From Azolla caroliniana (Eukaryota > Plantae > Polypodiophyta), in contig JBHGNT010000010.1 in assembly GCA_043228905.1 (NCBI GenBank), forward strand, positions 11,284,001 through 11,348,000: a stretch of DNA of 64,000 bases, in the 5' to 3' direction. Position 1 is the first letter of the stretch. Each line of letters starts with the position of its first letter. Positions 61,256-64,000 of the stretch are shown here, piece by piece. A program made the translations under genes and the position numbers. The notes beneath the pieces were generated by a model. It made no database searches, had not been told where the DNA came from, and saw only the letters and a list, made by a program, of their open reading frames with translations.

Positions 61256-64000
61256 AACACCAGAACTTTTTCAAAAATAATACTAAATCTGTACATCGTG
61301 TGTGTTCAATGAATAGTTTTATACAAGTCCTTTTCGGATTGACAGAAGTACTGACAGTACTTCAATGCTCATTAAGGAGCCCCTACACTAACTCCCAAAT
61401 ATATTCCTTGCGGAATATCTTTCCGATGGCCTCCCGGTTTCTGCACCGATCCGGCCTTCCTACGCATCGGTCTGCGTACCGGTTTCCAACCAATCGGTCC
61501 CAACTGATCCGGTCCTCAGCTTGCTTAGCCGATCCGGCCGATGTTGAGCTTGTCTCTCAACATTCCCCCTCAAGGTCAACTTGAGGCTCTTCGGGATCTT
61601 CAGGATCACCGCTCCGGTTCCTCCTGGCTCCACGCCTCACTCGCGCTCCTCGGCCTGTTTGACTCCGCGCGATTCGACCCTTCCGGTCGGCTTGTCTGCT
61701 CCCATGACCCTTCACAGCTCCCTTGCTGTCACAGTGTTGGCGCTTCTCCTGCTGCCTTCTTTTCCGCTTGGCCCTTGGTTGATTCAGTGTATCCGAATCA
61801 AACATCCGAACCGATTCGGCTACCTCCGATCGGTTTTCGCTCTCGTCCGAGTTGGTTGTCTCCAACTCGTCTTCGGTCTTCTCGCCCTTGACGGCATCAT
61901 CTCCCCCATTTTTGGTTAGCTTCGGCTCTTTCTTTCGGCTGCTCCCCTTATGTCCGCTTTTGGAATCTTCCGCAGATCCGCCCTCGGCTTCTTCAGCCAA
62001 TCCGAAGTCGAATTCGTCATCTGACTCGGTGTCGCGGCCTCTTCCGCTCCCTTCCTGCTCCCTTGCTTGGTCTTTCGAGACTGTTCTCCCCTTCAAGTTT
62101 GGCACGTCGAGGTGACGCAACCCAAACACACCCGAGAACTGCCGCAACTTGTCCAGACCAAGGGGCTTGGTGAAGATGTCGGCAGTTTACCAATCCGTTG
62201 GAACATACTGAAGTTCGACTTTAGCAGAAAGGACACGCTCACGAACAAAATGGTAGTGCACCTCAATGTGCTTGGTCCGTGCGTGGAAAACGGGGTTTTT
62301 CACAAGCTGGATGTTGTTGAGGTTGTCGCAGTAGATCGTCGTCGGATCAGACACCTCCTCTTGCAGGTCCTTAAGTAGCCACTTCAACCATATGGCATCT
62401 CATGTCGTGACAACCGCTCCTCGGTACTCAGCTTCGGTGCTCGACAGTGAAACTATCGGCTGCTTCTTACTGCTCCACGCTATCGCGACACTCCCAAGAG
62501 AGAACGTGTATCTGGACGTGGATCAATGATCGGCGGCGTTGCCAGCCCAATCAATATCGGTGTAGCCGACCAACTACGAGGCTGTACCGGTCTGATATAG
62601 TAGTCCCCGGTCCTTAGTGCCGCTTACGTACCACAGTACGCGTTGCGCACATTGAAGGTGCTCCTCGGTAAGTCGTGGCATGAACTGACTGATCACCCCG
62701 ATTGGATAACTGAGATCGGGTCGGGTGATTGTCAAGTAGATAAGGCTTCCGACAATTTGTCGGAACCTCGTCGGGTCGCATACCTTTCCGGAATTGGGGC
62801 GAAGCTTGACGGTTCTATCCAGAGGAGTCGAGATGGACTTACAGTCGGCCATCCCGAATTTGAAGAGCATACTCAACACATAATGGCATTGGCTAATCAA
62901 TATGCCTTTGGGGGTACGGATCACTTCAATCCCGAGGAAGTAATGAAGATCCCCCAGATCCTTCATGTCGAACGATGCCGCAAGCTGGAGCTTCACGCGG
63001 TCGATTTCATCTAGGTCGGCGCCAGTGATGACCAAGTCATCAACATATAGTAAAATACTGATCGGACCGAGTCGACCTTTCCAGATGAACAGGGAAGAGT
63101 CCGATTTTGATGTTGCAAAACCCATCCGACGCAGTTGTTGCGTGATCTTCGCGTTCCAGGCACGCAGGGCTTGCTTCAATCCGTAAAGGGACTTCTTCAA
63201 TTGGCACACTGCCGACGTGTTCGTTCCGGAGTGAAATCCGGGGGGCTGTACCATGTACACCTATTCCTCAAGCTCACCTTGGGAGGAACGCATTCTTTAC
63301 ATCCATCTAATGTAAGTGCCACCCCTTTGCCGCAACTACCGCGAGCAAAACACGAACGGTCGTCATCTTCACGACTAGCGCAAACGGGTCATCGTAGTCG
63401 ATGCCGTGTTTCTGCGCGTAGCCTTTTGCCACTAACCGGGCCTTGTATCGGTTGACCGAGCCGTCGGTGTTGTACTTGACCTTGTACACCCACCTACATC
63501 CGATCGGCTTCACACCCTTCGGTGCGTCAACCAGGTCCCAGGTCTCGTTTTCTGCCAATGCGTGCATCTCTTCCTCCATCGCGGCATGCCAATTCACGTC
63601 CTTAACCGCATCTGCGTAGCTCTCCGGCTCACGCACTTCTGCTACATGGGTCATGTACGCATAGTGATGCGCCATGTACTTGTTGTATCCGAACTGCACA
63701 ACTGGGTTCTTCTGGTGGGTAGATCGGCGTAATCAGTCATTAGCCGATGTCGAGGTCTTCTCGGCCGACGCGGACAACACTCTTGAAGATCCGTCACCGC
63801 TTCCCTCGGAGTCGGACTCGCGTCGGTCTGACTTGTTCCTATCCGTGCCGGAATTCGACACCTTCTTCTTCCCTTTCTCTTTGCGCGTAAGCCGTCTCCT
63901 CGGCTTCCTGCGCGGGGAATGCATGGTTGAGTCTACACTACTCGCAGGCTCTTCATCGAACTGGTCGAACCGGCTTAGTCGTCCATTCGGTCCACTTAAC
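61126..64000 (-). mobile_element. Ty1/copia 3' portion: RT-RNase H, PPT 61563-61571, 3' LTR 61126-61562
   Basis: [18 protein letters not shown] and RTKHIEVHYHF; GAGGGGGAA precedes TGTTGAG. Confidence 0.92.

Overview
Eukaryotic, TE-rich land-plant DNA; a seed-free plant such as a fern is my inference, not proven. It is a nest of LTR retrotransposons. Two full-length Tnt1-like Ty1/copia copies lie at 17759-23408 and 45461-51072, and one full-length non-chromovirus Ty3/gypsy element with a long extra ORF lies at 5202-15117. There are also several copia fragments, solo LTRs and a LINE 3' fragment. A ~16 kb Sola2-type DNA transposon (42322-58397, 4-bp TSD) carries a transposase plus a convergent RING/FCP1-like passenger gene, and has been hit by its own MITE and by a copia. 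One intact-looking host gene encodes a PH + VPS9 (Rab5-GEF) protein (32467-36488); a PB1-domain pseudogene lies near 60.3-61.1 kb. The most striking signal is that the gypsy element has no polypurine tract. At that position it carries a copy of the tRNA-Arg 3' end (an inverted second PBS) inside a hairpin. The same motif, spacing and compensatory base changes recur next to an unrelated LTR at 16108-16147, suggesting an unconventional priming mechanism.
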